Assembly (NCBI GenBank): GCA_902603475.1
Contig: CACKUZ010000002.1
Coordinates: 4,588-68,587, forward strand
From: an uncultured Pelagibacteraceae bacterium
GTDB lineage: Bacteria; Pseudomonadota; Alphaproteobacteria; Pelagibacterales; Pelagibacteraceae
DNA length: 64,000 nucleotides
Reading direction: 5' to 3'
The position numbers and the translations under genes were made by a program. The notes below the pieces were generated by a model. It searched no databases. It was given only the letters and a program-made list of their open reading frames with translations, and was not told the DNA's origin. Each line of letters begins with the position of its first letter. The first letter of the stretch is position 1. This document shows positions 1-10,247 of this stretch, piece by piece.

Positions 1-1
1 T

Positions 2-523
2 ATACCTGGAAGTGGAACCACTGCAGTTATGTTGGGGGCTTTATTAGGATTTGGTGTCCAGCCTGGTCCAAGACTATACATGACCAATCCAGAAATATTT
101 TGGTCTATCATTATGTCTATGTATATAGGGATGGTAATTTTATTAATTCTAAATTTACCTCTTATTCCTTATATAGCTAGAATTCTAGCAGTCCCTAAAA
201 ATTATCTAATCCCATTAATCCTATTTTTTTCTATTACTGGAATTTATGTAATGTCATTTAATAACTTTGATATTTATTTAATGATTGGAATTGCAGTTGT
301 TGCAACTTTTATGCGGCTTTATGATTTTCCAATGCCACCGCTAATACTTGCCTTTGTTCTGGGTGGTTTAATGGAAGAGAATTTAAGAAGGTCTTTATTA
401 TTAAGTAATGGGTCTTGGGAATTTTTATGGGATAGAACTCTTACTGCATGTATTTTGTTAACCACAATATTAATTGTAGTTTGGCATATATATAAAACTA
501 TGTTTAAAAAGACTAAGGGCTAA
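2..523 (+). CDS. tctA: Tripartite tricarboxylate transporter permease TctA, C-terminal part (5' truncated by window edge)
   Basis: The frame is open from the window start: IPGSGTTAVMLGALL..GVQPGP..., plus PLILAFVLGGLMEENLRRSL; these are TctA-family motifs. Confidence 0.9.
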   Translation: MPGSGTTAVMLGALLGFGVQPGPRLYMTNPEIFWSIIMSMYIGMVILLILNLPLIPYIARILAVPKNYLIPLILFFSITGIYVMSFNNFDIYLMIGIAVVATFMRLYDFPMPPLILAFVLGGLMEENLRRSLLLSNGSWEFLWDRTLTACILLTTILIVVWHIYKTMFKKTKG

Positions 524-939
524 GTAATATAAATTTTATCTGACAAACCGTAACAAAGTATAGCCATCATTATTAGAAACACAGTAGGCGCTATAATCCC
601 TTCATTTGTAACTTTTTCATTAAGACCAGTTTTATCAATTTTAAGCGAGTAGAAATTTGTTCCTAATACGCATGCATGTATAATAAATATTAAATTAAAA
701 AATGCCCAAGTGCCTTCAACTCCATTTGGTCTAACAAACATTATATAAATAGCCATTATTACCCAACCAAGCATTAGCGCTCCAACAAATCTAACCATTA
801 CAGCTGCACTATGATCTATACCAAACTTATCCATAAATTTTTTGGTTCCAACAATTGTTTGAAAACAATATCCGGCTATCGCTATAAAATGTGCAAGAAA
901 TACAATTAAGTAGAAAATGTTATTAAATTTAGCGATCAT
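520..939 (-). CDS. Hypothetical 4-TM membrane protein
   Basis: 139 aa with four hydrophobic segments; tiles with its neighbours. Confidence 0.75.
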   Translation of the reverse strand: MIAKFNNIFYLIVFLAHFIAIAGYCFQTIVGTKKFMDKFGIDHSAAVMVRFVGALMLGWVIMAIYIMFVRPNGVEGTWAFFNLIFIIHACVLGTNFYSLKIDKTGLNEKVTNEGIIAPTVFLIMMAILCYGLSDKIYIT

Positions 940-948
940 ATAATTACT

Positions 949-2031
949 TTATAAGATTCTCTTATATTTTTCAATTGCCTTATCCCAAAGAAAGTTTTCA
1001 GAATTATTTTTTGCTTCTTTTCCGTATTCTAAATACTTATTATCTTTAAAAAGGTGCTCTATACTTGAATAGATATCCTCAAGTTTATTTCCATCACATA
1101 TCAAACCAGTTTTTTCGTGGATTATTGCATCTGAAGCGCCTCCATCTTTCCCACCAATTGACGGAACGCCATATTGTGCAGCTTCTACATAAGCAATACC
1201 AAAACCTTCAACTGATTTTTTATAAATTATTGAGGGCATTACAAAAATATCTGACTTTGCTACAAGAGCATTTTTTAAATCTGAGGGTACATCTTTTAAA
1301 AAAGTGACTTGATCCTCTAATTTCAATTCAATTACTAGCTTTTTTAATTTCTCTTCTTCATCGCCATAGCCGATACAAGTGTAAATAATATCAGGGTAGA
1401 TCTCTTTTAAGTTTCTAACAGCCATTATTACTTTTTCATGATTTTTTCTTTTATCAAATCTTGAAACTGTTATTAGTCTATTTTTTTTACCTTTAAGAAT
1501 ATCCTCTGCCTCATCTAAATATTTTTTGGGAACTTCACTTACTGAATCAATTCCAGGATTAATAATAACTATTTTTTTTTCTTCTACACCTAAATCAATA
1601 GCTAAATTTTTTGTGTAGCTAGAATTAGCAACAATATGATCAACATTATTAAGAACTGACAATACTTTTTTATTTAAACTTGAGCCTTTGGGATGGTTAA
1701 TTTCTTTTGAATGTATTAGGCAGATCTTCTTTTTTTTTGTTTTTATAAGCTCCAAACTTTTCCAATGATCAGCAATAATACATTCTACATTGATATTTTG
1801 TTCAAGATAATCGTTTATCATGTAAGATTTTCTGTATTTTCTTATAAGCTTCATTCCACTTACTCTTTCAATTGAAAATGAAACTGACTTATCAAACTCC
1901 TCATGATTTTCATGAAAGTCTGCAAAAACTTTTATAAGATTAAGTTTTGAAAGAGACCTTGTTAAACCCCACATGAGATTTTGCATACCTCCTAATTCAG
2001 GAGGAAAAGTTCTAGTTATTACTAAATACAT
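949..2031 (-). CDS. Glycosyltransferase family 4 (PimB-like)
   Basis: FPPELGG N-terminus, VSRFDKRKN, EGFGIAYVEA..G.P.IGG..GG motif. Confidence 0.9.
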   Translation of the reverse strand: MYLVITRTFPPELGGMQNLMWGLTRSLSKLNLIKVFADFHENHEEFDKSVSFSIERVSGMKLIRKYRKSYMINDYLEQNINVECIIADHWKSLELIKTKKKKICLIHSKEINHPKGSSLNKKVLSVLNNVDHIVANSSYTKNLAIDLGVEEKKIVIINPGIDSVSEVPKKYLDEAEDILKGKKNRLITVSRFDKRKNHEKVIMAVRNLKEIYPDIIYTCIGYGDEEEKLKKLVIELKLEDQVTFLKDVPSDLKNALVAKSDIFVMPSIIYKKSVEGFGIAYVEAAQYGVPSIGGKDGGASDAIIHEKTGLICDGNKLEDIYSSIEHLFKDNKYLEYGKEAKNNSENFLWDKAIEKYKRIL

Positions 2032-2037
2032 TAATTA

Positions 2038-2589
2038 TTAAAACCATTTAATACTACAGCCCATACTAGGAAATTGTTCATTTGGACCATTGTTAGTTTT
2101 TGCAATCATTTTCATAGCATTTTTAAGTTCGCTATCACCAGTCTGAATAGGTTTTAAATTTTTTAATTCTCTAATTCTTCCTCTGTATTGAAGTTCAAGA
2201 TCTTTATTATAACCAAAAAAATCTGGAGTACAGACGGCACCATAAGTTTTAGCCACTTCTTGCGTTTCGTCTATTAAATATGGAAAATTAAAATCATTTT
2301 TTTTTGAAAATTTAATCATGTTATCAAATGAATCTTCTTCATATCTACTTGGGTCATTTGACATTATTGCTATAGATTTAATTCCATCATTTTCCAACTC
2401 TTTACAATCTTCGACAACATTATTTATAACCGCCAAAACATACGGACAGTGATTACAGATAAACATTATTAGTGTTCCATTTTCACCCTTTGCATCATTT
2501 AGTGAAATTATTTTATTATCTATAGACTTAAGTTCAAAGTTATCAGCTTTTTTACCGAAGTCACAAATTGGTGTTTTAGTTAATGCCAT
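2038..2589 (-). CDS. Thioredoxin-like / AhpC-TSA family protein
   Basis: FICNHCPYV CxxC, GAVCTPDFF, PSMGCSIKW. Confidence 0.9.
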   Translation of the reverse strand: MALTKTPICDFGKKADNFELKSIDNKIISLNDAKGENGTLIMFICNHCPYVLAVINNVVEDCKELENDGIKSIAIMSNDPSRYEEDSFDNMIKFSKKNDFNFPYLIDETQEVAKTYGAVCTPDFFGYNKDLELQYRGRIRELKNLKPIQTGDSELKNAMKMIAKTNNGPNEQFPSMGCSIKWF

Positions 2590-2609
2590 GTTAAAAGACT
2601 ATATAATTT

Positions 2610-3122
2610 ATGTTTTACGATTTAAAAGATAAAAAACCAAAAAACCTTGGCGAAAATTGGGTAGCACCCAACGCTGTTATAATTGGTGATGTAACATTAG
2701 AGAAAAACTCTAGTGTCTGGTTTAATGCAACATTAAGAGGTGACATTGAAAATATTCATATAGGTGAGGGATCAAATGTTCAAGACGGAAGTGTTTTGCA
2801 TACTGATCCAGGTTATCCATTAATTATTGGAAAGAATGTAACCATAGGTCATTTAGTAATGCTTCATGGCTGCACAATTGATGACAATTCTTTAATTGGC
2901 ATTGGAGCTGTAGTTCTCAATAAAGCTAAAATTGGAAAAAATTGTATCATTGGAGCTAAATCATTAATTACAGAAAATAAAGAAATTCCAGACAATTCTT
3001 TGGTGATGGGTTCGCCAGGAAAAATAATTCGTCAATTAACAGAAGACGAAATTGAGGCGGTAAAGCAAAATGCTATTAGATATCAAGAAAACTGGAAAAA
3101 ATACTCTAAATCTGTATTTTAA
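2610..3122 (+). CDS. Gamma carbonic anhydrase family protein
   Basis: LRGD..I.IGEGSNVQDGSVLH, GH.VMLHGC hexapeptide repeats. Confidence 0.92.
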   Translation: MFYDLKDKKPKNLGENWVAPNAVIIGDVTLEKNSSVWFNATLRGDIENIHIGEGSNVQDGSVLHTDPGYPLIIGKNVTIGHLVMLHGCTIDDNSLIGIGAVVLNKAKIGKNCIIGAKSLITENKEIPDNSLVMGSPGKIIRQLTEDEIEAVKQNAIRYQENWKKYSKSVF

Positions 3123-3126
3123 AGAA

Positions 3127-3993
3127 ATGAAAAAAAAAATTATATTTTTTATAATATTTTTATTTTCATCCCTCTCTTTTGCCTCAGACGAAAAACCTGG
3201 AAGATATTTTAAAGATCAACCTGATGTATCAGATGAACCACAAGTACATTTTATATACCTACTAAATAAAGATAGTGAGGATAATGAATGGGACATTAGT
3301 GGAAAAATGGAGAAAGAGTTATTAGAGGCGAATGAAAAAATGCTTGAAATGACAAAAGGTAATCAAAAATTTAGATATGACATGAGGGAAGATGGAAAAA
3401 TGGATATTTCTTTTGTTAGGTTTGATAAACAATATAAAGGAAACTATGGAATGAACTATCCTGACGCTTATTTAACAAAATTAGGATTTAATAGTCCAAA
3501 TAAATTGTATTTTGCATGGGTAGATGTAGGGCATAGAGATGGTGGACAAGGGAGCGTGCATCATGGATATATTTTTTTAAAAAGCAAATATAACCCAAGT
3601 AAAAACAAAAGAATTCTAATTACTTTACATGAATTAATGCATGTAAATGGATTTGCATGGGCGTGTACAAAAGGAAATAAAAATGGACATAAAACTGGAA
3701 CTATAATTGGCGGTCCAGATGGAGGTGATAAATATAAGTTAGGCTCATTATATAATCATAAAGATCCTACTTGTCCTGATTTTAAAGACTCAGTTTTTCT
3801 AGACCCAACTTCTAGTACGCCATTTAATCCTGTATATTTGAAATGCGCAATGGCTGCCGAGGTTGGTAGAGGTATTTCTCCTGATATTAATTATGAATGG
3901 AGGGATAGATATTCTCATAAAAAACTAAAAAAAATTAAAAAGAAAAGAACTTGGTGCACTTATAATAGATATAAAGATTTCAATAACTTTTAG
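3127..3993 (+). CDS. Exported protein with HExxH zinc-metallopeptidase motif
   Basis: The ATG at 3127 gives a signal peptide (MKKKIIFFIIFLFSSLSFA) and avoids overlap; LHELMH motif. Confidence 0.7.
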   Translation: MKKKIIFFIIFLFSSLSFASDEKPGRYFKDQPDVSDEPQVHFIYLLNKDSEDNEWDISGKMEKELLEANEKMLEMTKGNQKFRYDMREDGKMDISFVRFDKQYKGNYGMNYPDAYLTKLGFNSPNKLYFAWVDVGHRDGGQGSVHHGYIFLKSKYNPSKNKRILITLHELMHVNGFAWACTKGNKNGHKTGTIIGGPDGGDKYKLGSLYNHKDPTCPDFKDSVFLDPTSSTPFNPVYLKCAMAAEVGRGISPDINYEWRDRYSHKKLKKIKKKRTWCTYNRYKDFNNF

Positions 3994-4190
3994 AAAAGAA
4001 AATCATTAATCGAGTAAATAATTAATCCTAAAATAATTACAAAAAATATTAAAAAAGCTATTTGTTCACTAACTTTCTTAGTAACTCTAGTTTCACCCTT
4101 TTTAAATTTTCTGATTTGGAAAATACCAAATCTCATTACAGCTAAACCACCTAATACAAGTGCTATAGCAATAATAAATCCAGTTAACAT
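3990..4190 (-). CDS. Small 2-TM membrane protein
   Basis: 66 aa, two hydrophobic helices, 3 bp downstream of the co-oriented gene. Confidence 0.6.
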   Translation of the reverse strand: MLTGFIIAIALVLGGLAVMRFGIFQIRKFKKGETRVTKKVSEQIAFLIFFVIILGLIIYSINDFLF

Positions 4191-4193
4191 TTT

Positions 4194-4799
4194 TTACGGA
4201 ATTAGCCAGTTTTGATTATCATTTGTAATATCAAATCTTGCTCTTCTATGACCTTTTGCTGCAAGATAAAGCCATTCAATACTTTCAATTTTACATTGTA
4301 TTACTGTAAAGTTTTTATAACCTTCTTCACTTTGTTCCATTGTAAAGCCAGACTTTTCAATATCTTCACTTAAACCTGAGCTTGGTTCATCCGTTTCTGT
4401 TCCAGGTCCATTATTTACTAAATAACATTTTCGACTTACGTGAGCAGTTTTTGACCATGATTGCTCAGTTATTTCATTATTATGATTGACAGCACATTTA
4501 ACTTTAACCCTAAGCTGAATCTTTTCCTCTTTATCATAAAATATAAGTGCTGCACTGCTGTTTTTTTTTAACTTTGGAATTTTATCAGATCTAATATCAC
4601 TATGAAATTGAATTAGATTATTTGATTGATCTGATTTTCTAAGAACTACAATCCTTCCATCAAAGTCTGATTGATCTCCACAAACAAAAACTGGAATTCG
4701 AAAAGGTGATGATCTATTGGTAACTGCATCATCAAGCATTGACCAAATTTTTTTCTTTATTTCAGAAAAGTCCTCATAGTATGGGACAGTATTTGACAT
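4194..4799 (-). CDS. Pyridoxamine 5'-phosphate oxidase-like FMN-binding protein
   Basis: R.VVLR, FHSDIRSDK, EWLYL...GHRRARF. Confidence 0.85.
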   Translation of the reverse strand: MSNTVPYYEDFSEIKKKIWSMLDDAVTNRSSPFRIPVFVCGDQSDFDGRIVVLRKSDQSNNLIQFHSDIRSDKIPKLKKNSSAALIFYDKEEKIQLRVKVKCAVNHNNEITEQSWSKTAHVSRKCYLVNNGPGTETDEPSSGLSEDIEKSGFTMEQSEEGYKNFTVIQCKIESIEWLYLAAKGHRRARFDITNDNQNWLIP

Positions 4800-4803
4800 A
4801 GGA

Positions 4804-5679
4804 TTATTTCTTTTTTTTAAGTCTAGCGATTAGACTAGAGCTATCCCAACGGTTACCACCCATTTTTTGAACATCCGCATAATATTCATCAACTATTTCA
4901 GTAATCGGAACTGGCGAACCATTCCTCTTTGCTTCTTCAATTACAATTTTCAAATCTTTTCTCATCCAATCTACTGCAAAGCCGTAATCAAATTTATCCT
5001 CAACCATAGTTTTATATCTATTTTCCATTTGCCAAGATTGTGCTGCACCTTTTGATATAGTTTCCATTACTTTATCAATATCTAAACCAGCATTTATTCC
5101 AAAATTAATAGCCTCTGATAAACCTTGAACAACTCCTGCAATACACATTTGATTCATCATTTTCGTAAGTTGGCCACTTCCTGATGGACCAATTAATTTT
5201 ACTTTTTTGCTATAGCAATCAATTACTGGTTCTGCTTTTTTAAAAGCTTCTTCATCACCACCAACCATTACCGTTAAAATCCCACCTTCAGCTCCAGATT
5301 GACCTCCAGAAATTGGTGCATCTAAAAAAGCAAACCCTTTTTCTTTTGCTTTATTATAAAGTTCTCTAGATACTTCTGCAGACACAGTTGAATTATCTAC
5401 ATATATAGAAGCTTCTTTAGCACTATTAAATAATCCATTTTCACCTAAAGTAACTTGTTTCAAATCCTCATCGTTACCTACACAAGTAAAAATAAAATCA
5501 GCACCTTCTGCAGCTTCTTTTGGTGTTGAAGCCATTTTACCTTTATATTCAGCAATCCATTTTTCAGCTTTAGCAGTTGTTCTATTAAAAACAGTTACAT
5601 TGTGCCCAGCTTTTGATATATAACCAGCCATTGGATAACCCATTACCCCGAGACCTATGAAAGCAACATTACAAGTCAT
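4804..5679 (-). CDS. 3-hydroxyisobutyrate dehydrogenase-family NAD(P)-dependent oxidoreductase
   Basis: FIGLGVMGYPMA, DAPISGG, TKMMNQ, KDL motifs. Confidence 0.9.
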   Translation of the reverse strand: MTCNVAFIGLGVMGYPMAGYISKAGHNVTVFNRTTAKAEKWIAEYKGKMASTPKEAAEGADFIFTCVGNDEDLKQVTLGENGLFNSAKEASIYVDNSTVSAEVSRELYNKAKEKGFAFLDAPISGGQSGAEGGILTVMVGGDEEAFKKAEPVIDCYSKKVKLIGPSGSGQLTKMMNQMCIAGVVQGLSEAINFGINAGLDIDKVMETISKGAAQSWQMENRYKTMVEDKFDYGFAVDWMRKDLKIVIEEAKRNGSPVPITEIVDEYYADVQKMGGNRWDSSSLIARLKKKK

Positions 5680-5690
5680 AAATTATTTAT

Positions 5691-6899
5691 ATGTTTAAAA
5701 GTTTAAGTTTAAAAATAATTATTTTTGGTTTTATTTTTACATTTTTTTCGTGTTTTGGACAGAGTTTTTTTATAGGACTATTTAATTCTAGTGTAAGAGA
5801 AACACTTTCTATAACACATGGACAATTTGGCACGATTTATGCATCTGCAACTCTATTTAGCAGTTTGCTTCTTATATGGATTGGAAAAAAAATTGATGAT
5901 GTAAATGTGATAAAATTTGCAATCTTTGTTACGATACTTTTATCTTTTTCCTCTTTTTTCTTTTCCAAAACATCATCAGTAGCTTTTTTATTTGTTGCGA
6001 TTTTTTTAATGAGATTCTCTGGTCAAGGATTAATGTCTCACACAGCTTCAACTACTATTTCAAGATATTTTACAAAATCTAGGGGTAAAGCGTTAAGTAT
6101 TATTTGGTTTGGTCTATCTTCTGCAGAATTTATTATGCCAGTATTAATTGTTTATCTTTTAACAATTATTATTTGGCAAGATTTATGGGTTATATTTTCT
6201 ATAATAGTTTTAATTTTTTTACCTTTAGCATCTTACTTTTTAGTTAAAGATGTGAAATTAGATACCAGAGAGAGCAACCAAAATGAAAAATTAAAAGAGG
6301 ATAATATAAAAAACTGGAAAAGAATCGAAGTTCTTGGAGATTATAGATTTTACATTATCTCATTAAACATGTTGGCAATGCCCTGGATAGCAACAGGAGT
6401 ATTTGTATATCAATCATTTGTAACTAATTCAAAAGGGTGGGGTGAATATACTATTGCGCAATCTTTTATGTCTTACTCAATTTTTTCTGTAATTACTTTA
6501 ATTGTTGCTGGTTATTTAATTGATAAGTTTACAAGTAGAAAATTACTTATCTATATGAATATTCCACTATTCTTAGGAACTTTAGTCATTATATATTTTG
6601 ATGCTCCACAAACTGCTTTTTTATTCCTTGGATTGGTAGGAATATCAAACGGTCTAGCTAATTTATTAGGATCATCAACATGGGCAGAGATATACGGTGT
6701 AAAATATATTGGATCTATAAAAGCATTAACAACTGCTTTAATGGTATTTGCAACTGCCTTTGGAACGGCGTTATTTGGTATTTTTATAGATGCTGGATTT
6801 TCAATTGAAAAGATTGCATTTATTGCAGCAATTGCAATTGCTTGCTCTATAGCCTTACTTTTCACTATTAGAAAAAAATTAAATCCTGTTTATCTCTAA
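5691..6899 (+). CDS. MFS transporter
   Basis: About 12 TM segments; GKKID and GYLIDKF motif-A-like loops. Confidence 0.85.
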   Translation: MFKSLSLKIIIFGFIFTFFSCFGQSFFIGLFNSSVRETLSITHGQFGTIYASATLFSSLLLIWIGKKIDDVNVIKFAIFVTILLSFSSFFFSKTSSVAFLFVAIFLMRFSGQGLMSHTASTTISRYFTKSRGKALSIIWFGLSSAEFIMPVLIVYLLTIIIWQDLWVIFSIIVLIFLPLASYFLVKDVKLDTRESNQNEKLKEDNIKNWKRIEVLGDYRFYIISLNMLAMPWIATGVFVYQSFVTNSKGWGEYTIAQSFMSYSIFSVITLIVAGYLIDKFTSRKLLIYMNIPLFLGTLVIIYFDAPQTAFLFLGLVGISNGLANLLGSSTWAEIYGVKYIGSIKALTTALMVFATAFGTALFGIFIDAGFSIEKIAFIAAIAIACSIALLFTIRKKLNPVYL

Positions 6900-6941
6900 T
6901 ACTGCTTGATTTTTTCACAATCGAGGTGTATCTAACCGTCC

Positions 6942-7460
6942 ATGGCAAGAGTTACAGTAGAAGATTGTATAGATAAAGTAGATAGTCCTTATGAATTAGT
7001 TTTAGTTGCAAAGGAAAGAGCTACACAACTTAACTCAGGATTAGAGCCTACTTTAGATAGAGATAATGACAAAAATACTGTCATAGCATTAAGAGAAATC
7101 GCTGAAGAAACAATCAAAGTTCCTGATTTAACAGATTCTGCAGTTTACAAGTTAAGAAAACATGTTGAGCAAGTTGATGATACATCAGAGGACGAAGATG
7201 ATATTGGCGATGATTTTGAAAATCTTTACAAAGGTGAAATTTCAAAAAGTGGTGTACCAATTCTTCCATCTAAGAGAGCTAGAAAAATTCCAGAAAAAAT
7301 TCAAGTTTCTAAAGATGATTTAGCTGAGTTACAAAATACAGCTGAACAACCTGCTTCTGAACCTGTTGAGGACATGCAAGAAGAAGAGTCTGCTGTTTCA
7401 TTGGACGAAATGAAAGATCAAGAAGAGACTGTATCAGACGAAACAGAAAACCAAGAATAA
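6942..7460 (+). CDS. rpoZ: RNA polymerase omega subunit with acidic C-terminal tail
   Basis: MARVTVEDC..., [13 protein letters not shown]. Confidence 0.95.
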   Translation: MARVTVEDCIDKVDSPYELVLVAKERATQLNSGLEPTLDRDNDKNTVIALREIAEETIKVPDLTDSAVYKLRKHVEQVDDTSEDEDDIGDDFENLYKGEISKSGVPILPSKRARKIPEKIQVSKDDLAELQNTAEQPASEPVEDMQEEESAVSLDEMKDQEETVSDETENQE

Positions 7461-7461
7461 A

Positions 7462-8604
7462 TTAACTAAATTCCTTTATTATTTTTTCCCTGTGCTCATC
7501 TAAATCAGGAATATTACCCCTGGTATTTTCATCTTTGTAGGTAGACATTTTAATAGGGTTTCCTGCTGATTTAAATTCTCCAATAATTTTATGGTATGAT
7601 TTTACAATCATATTTCTTTCTTGAATTTGAGGATTTTCTACAGCTTGTTTTATGTTAAATATTGGTCCACATGGAATTTTCAATTCTTCCATTTTTTTAA
7701 CCCATTCATCTGTAGATTTGGAGCTCAATTGTTTTTCAAAAATTTCTTTTAAGTGATCCATGTTTTCACATCTTAGTGAATTAGAATTAAATCTTTCATC
7801 ATTAGCAGTTTCGGGAATTTTTAATACGTCACAAAGTTTTGTAAAAAGTTTATCATTTCCTGCAGCAATAATTATATAACTATCTTTCGTTTTAAAAGCT
7901 TCAAAGGGAGCAATAGATGGATGTCTTGAACCCATTGGTCCTGGAATTTCATTTTTGGAAAGATATCTTGCAATTGCATTTTCTAAAATTGCTATTTGGC
8001 AATCTAACATTGAGACATCTATAAAAGCACCTTTACCAGTTTTTTGTCTATCGTATAAAGCTGCATTAATTCCAATTGCTGTAAAAAGCCCTGCTGTGAT
8101 ATCACCAATAGAGGTTCCAACCCTTGTTGGTTCTGAGTTTGGATGGCCAGTTACACTCATCAAGCCCCCCATACCTTGAACGACCATGTCATATGCTGGT
8201 AGCTCTTTTAAAGGGCCAGTTTGGCCAAACCCTGATGCCGATGCATAAATTAATTTAGGATATTTTTTATTTACATCTTTCCAGCCAAAACCCCACTTTT
8301 CTAATGTGCCAGGTTTAAAATTTTCAACTAAAATATCTGCTTTAGATAAAACTTTATCAAAGATTTTTTTGTCCTCATCATTCTTCAAATTCAAAGCTAT
8401 ACTTTCTTTACCTCTATTTAATGACATGAAGTATGCAGAATAATCTTTAACAAAAGGCCCAAATTTTCGAGAGTCGTCACCTGTTTCTGGTGCTTCAATT
8501 TTTATAACTCTTGCACCCAAATCGGAGAGTATCATCGTACAATAAGGTCCTACTAAAACCCTTGTTAAATCAACAACTAATAAATTTTTTAATGGTCCAT
8601 CCAT
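7462..8604 (-). CDS. Family III (CaiB/BaiF) CoA-transferase
   Basis: DLTRVLVGPY...LGARVIKIE, NRGKES, ENFKPG, catalytic Asp in SIGDITAG. Confidence 0.92.
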   Translation of the reverse strand: MDGPLKNLLVVDLTRVLVGPYCTMILSDLGARVIKIEAPETGDDSRKFGPFVKDYSAYFMSLNRGKESIALNLKNDEDKKIFDKVLSKADILVENFKPGTLEKWGFGWKDVNKKYPKLIYASASGFGQTGPLKELPAYDMVVQGMGGLMSVTGHPNSEPTRVGTSIGDITAGLFTAIGINAALYDRQKTGKGAFIDVSMLDCQIAILENAIARYLSKNEIPGPMGSRHPSIAPFEAFKTKDSYIIIAAGNDKLFTKLCDVLKIPETANDERFNSNSLRCENMDHLKEIFEKQLSSKSTDEWVKKMEELKIPCGPIFNIKQAVENPQIQERNMIVKSYHKIIGEFKSAGNPIKMSTYKDENTRGNIPDLDEHREKIIKEFS

Positions 8605-8630
8605 AATTAAATATATGACATTTCCTTATA

Positions 8631-8659
8631 TTGACTCTTACTAATAAGTTCAATTTAAT
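8631..8659 (+). promoter_or_regulatory. Putative sigma70 promoter of the TRAP operon
   Basis: TTGACT-N17-TTTAAT upstream of an AGAGGGG RBS and the ATG at 8693. Confidence 0.45.
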
Positions 8660-8692
8660 ATGTTTATTAAATTAATTTAAAGAGGGGAAAAC

Positions 8693-9703
8693 ATGTTTAA
8701 AAAAATAAGTTTTTATTTCACAACATTACTTTTGTCTTTCTCATTAATTGGATCAGCTTATGCTGTGACATTAAAAGCTAGTCACCAATGGCCAGGTACT
8801 CCAAGAGCCGATGGTTCTTTTGATCCAAGACATGAAATGGTTCAAATAATTGCTGATGAAGTAAAAAAAGCAGGTGTAGATTTAGATATTAGAATTTATC
8901 CAGCAAAGTCACTTTATAAACCAAAAGAACAATGGAAACCAATGACCACTGGTCAGTTAGATATTTCAGCGTTTCCATTAGCATATGCATCGAAATTTCA
9001 TCCTGAATTTGATGCAACACTAATGCCAGGAACAGTAAAAAATCATGATCATGCCTTAAGATTTAATAAAGGTCCAATGATGACTGAGATCAAGAGAATC
9101 ATTAATGATGCTGGTGTAGTTGTATTATCTGATGCTTGGCTTGGTGGGGGATTTGCATCAAAATCTAAATGTATAAAAAATCCATCAGATGCTAAAGGAC
9201 AGGTAATGAGAGCAGCTGGTAAAGCATTTAACCAAATGTTAGAAGCAGCAGGAGCAGGTATTCAAAGTATGCCTTCATCTGAAATTTATACTGGATTACA
9301 AACTGGAGTATTAACTGGTGCAAATACTAGTTCAGGAAGTTTTGTAAGTTACAAAATTTATGAACAAGTATCTTGTGCAACACCTCCAGGAAAATTTGGA
9401 TTATGGTTTATGTATGAGCCAATTTTAATGTCAAAGATGAGTTTTGATAAATTAAATTCAAAACAGCAAAATGCTTTAATGGAGGCAGGTAAAGTTGCTG
9501 AGAAATATATGACTGCGCAAGTTGAAAATTTAGATAAAAAATTTGAAGACGCATATAAAGCAGCAGGAGTTAAATTGGTATATATGGATGCAAACGACCA
9601 TGCGGCTTGGGTTGAGATTGCAAAACAATCTTCTCACAAAGCATTTGCTGAAAAAGTTCCAGGTGGCGATAAGCTGATGGAAATGGCTTTAGCAGTTAAA
9701 TAA
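8693..9703 (+). CDS. dctP: TRAP transporter substrate-binding protein
   Basis: Signal peptide, LKASHQWP, conserved R in MRAAG, SEIYTGLQTGVL. Confidence 0.92.
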   Translation: MFKKISFYFTTLLLSFSLIGSAYAVTLKASHQWPGTPRADGSFDPRHEMVQIIADEVKKAGVDLDIRIYPAKSLYKPKEQWKPMTTGQLDISAFPLAYASKFHPEFDATLMPGTVKNHDHALRFNKGPMMTEIKRIINDAGVVVLSDAWLGGGFASKSKCIKNPSDAKGQVMRAAGKAFNQMLEAAGAGIQSMPSSEIYTGLQTGVLTGANTSSGSFVSYKIYEQVSCATPPGKFGLWFMYEPILMSKMSFDKLNSKQQNALMEAGKVAEKYMTAQVENLDKKFEDAYKAAGVKLVYMDANDHAAWVEIAKQSSHKAFAEKVPGGDKLMEMALAVK

Positions 9704-9717
9704 AAAGATATATAAAG

Positions 9718-9752
9718 AACCCCTATTTGAAAATTAAATAGGGGTTTTTTTT
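9718..9752 (+). terminator. Intra-operonic intrinsic terminator/stabilising hairpin after dctP
   Basis: Perfect 11-bp stem AACCCCTATTT-gaaaatt-AAATAGGGGTT followed by a T run that ends at the dctQ ATG. Confidence 0.8.
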
Positions 9753-10247
9753 ATGAAAGAGAAATATTTAAAATTTTGTAATTTATCGTCAAAGGCTTGT
9801 GGTGCCTTTGCTGTTCTAGCCTTAATCTTATCAATTTTGGTAATTGTTGAGCTTGTATTTGAAAGATATTTTTTTCAAAGAGCAATCACTTGGCAAACAG
9901 AGTTAGTCACAATGCTTTTAGTTGCTTCAACTTTCATTGGAAGTGCTTATGTTTTAAGTGAAAAAGCACATGTCAGTATGGAATGGATTTATGATTTTTT
10001 ATCGAAAAAAAATATTCTAAGACTTAAAATATTTACATCATTAATAAGCTTATTATTTTTTTTAATTTTATTCTATTTTGGATTTTTAATGGTGGAGGAA
10101 GCTTTTACTAAAAATTATTCGACAGGTACGGTTTGGGATCCACCTTTATGGATACCTTATTCTTCTATGATGATTGGAGCAGCTTTAATGATACTTCAAT
10201 ACATTGCAGAAATTATTAAACTTTTTGACGAAGAGGGCACTAATTAA
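9753..10247 (+). CDS. dctQ: TRAP transporter small permease
   Basis: 4 TM; RYFF..AITWQTEL, HVSM; position between dctP and dctM. Confidence 0.9.
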   Translation: MKEKYLKFCNLSSKACGAFAVLALILSILVIVELVFERYFFQRAITWQTELVTMLLVASTFIGSAYVLSEKAHVSMEWIYDFLSKKNILRLKIFTSLISLLFFLILFYFGFLMVEEAFTKNYSTGTVWDPPLWIPYSSMMIGAALMILQYIAEIIKLFDEEGTN

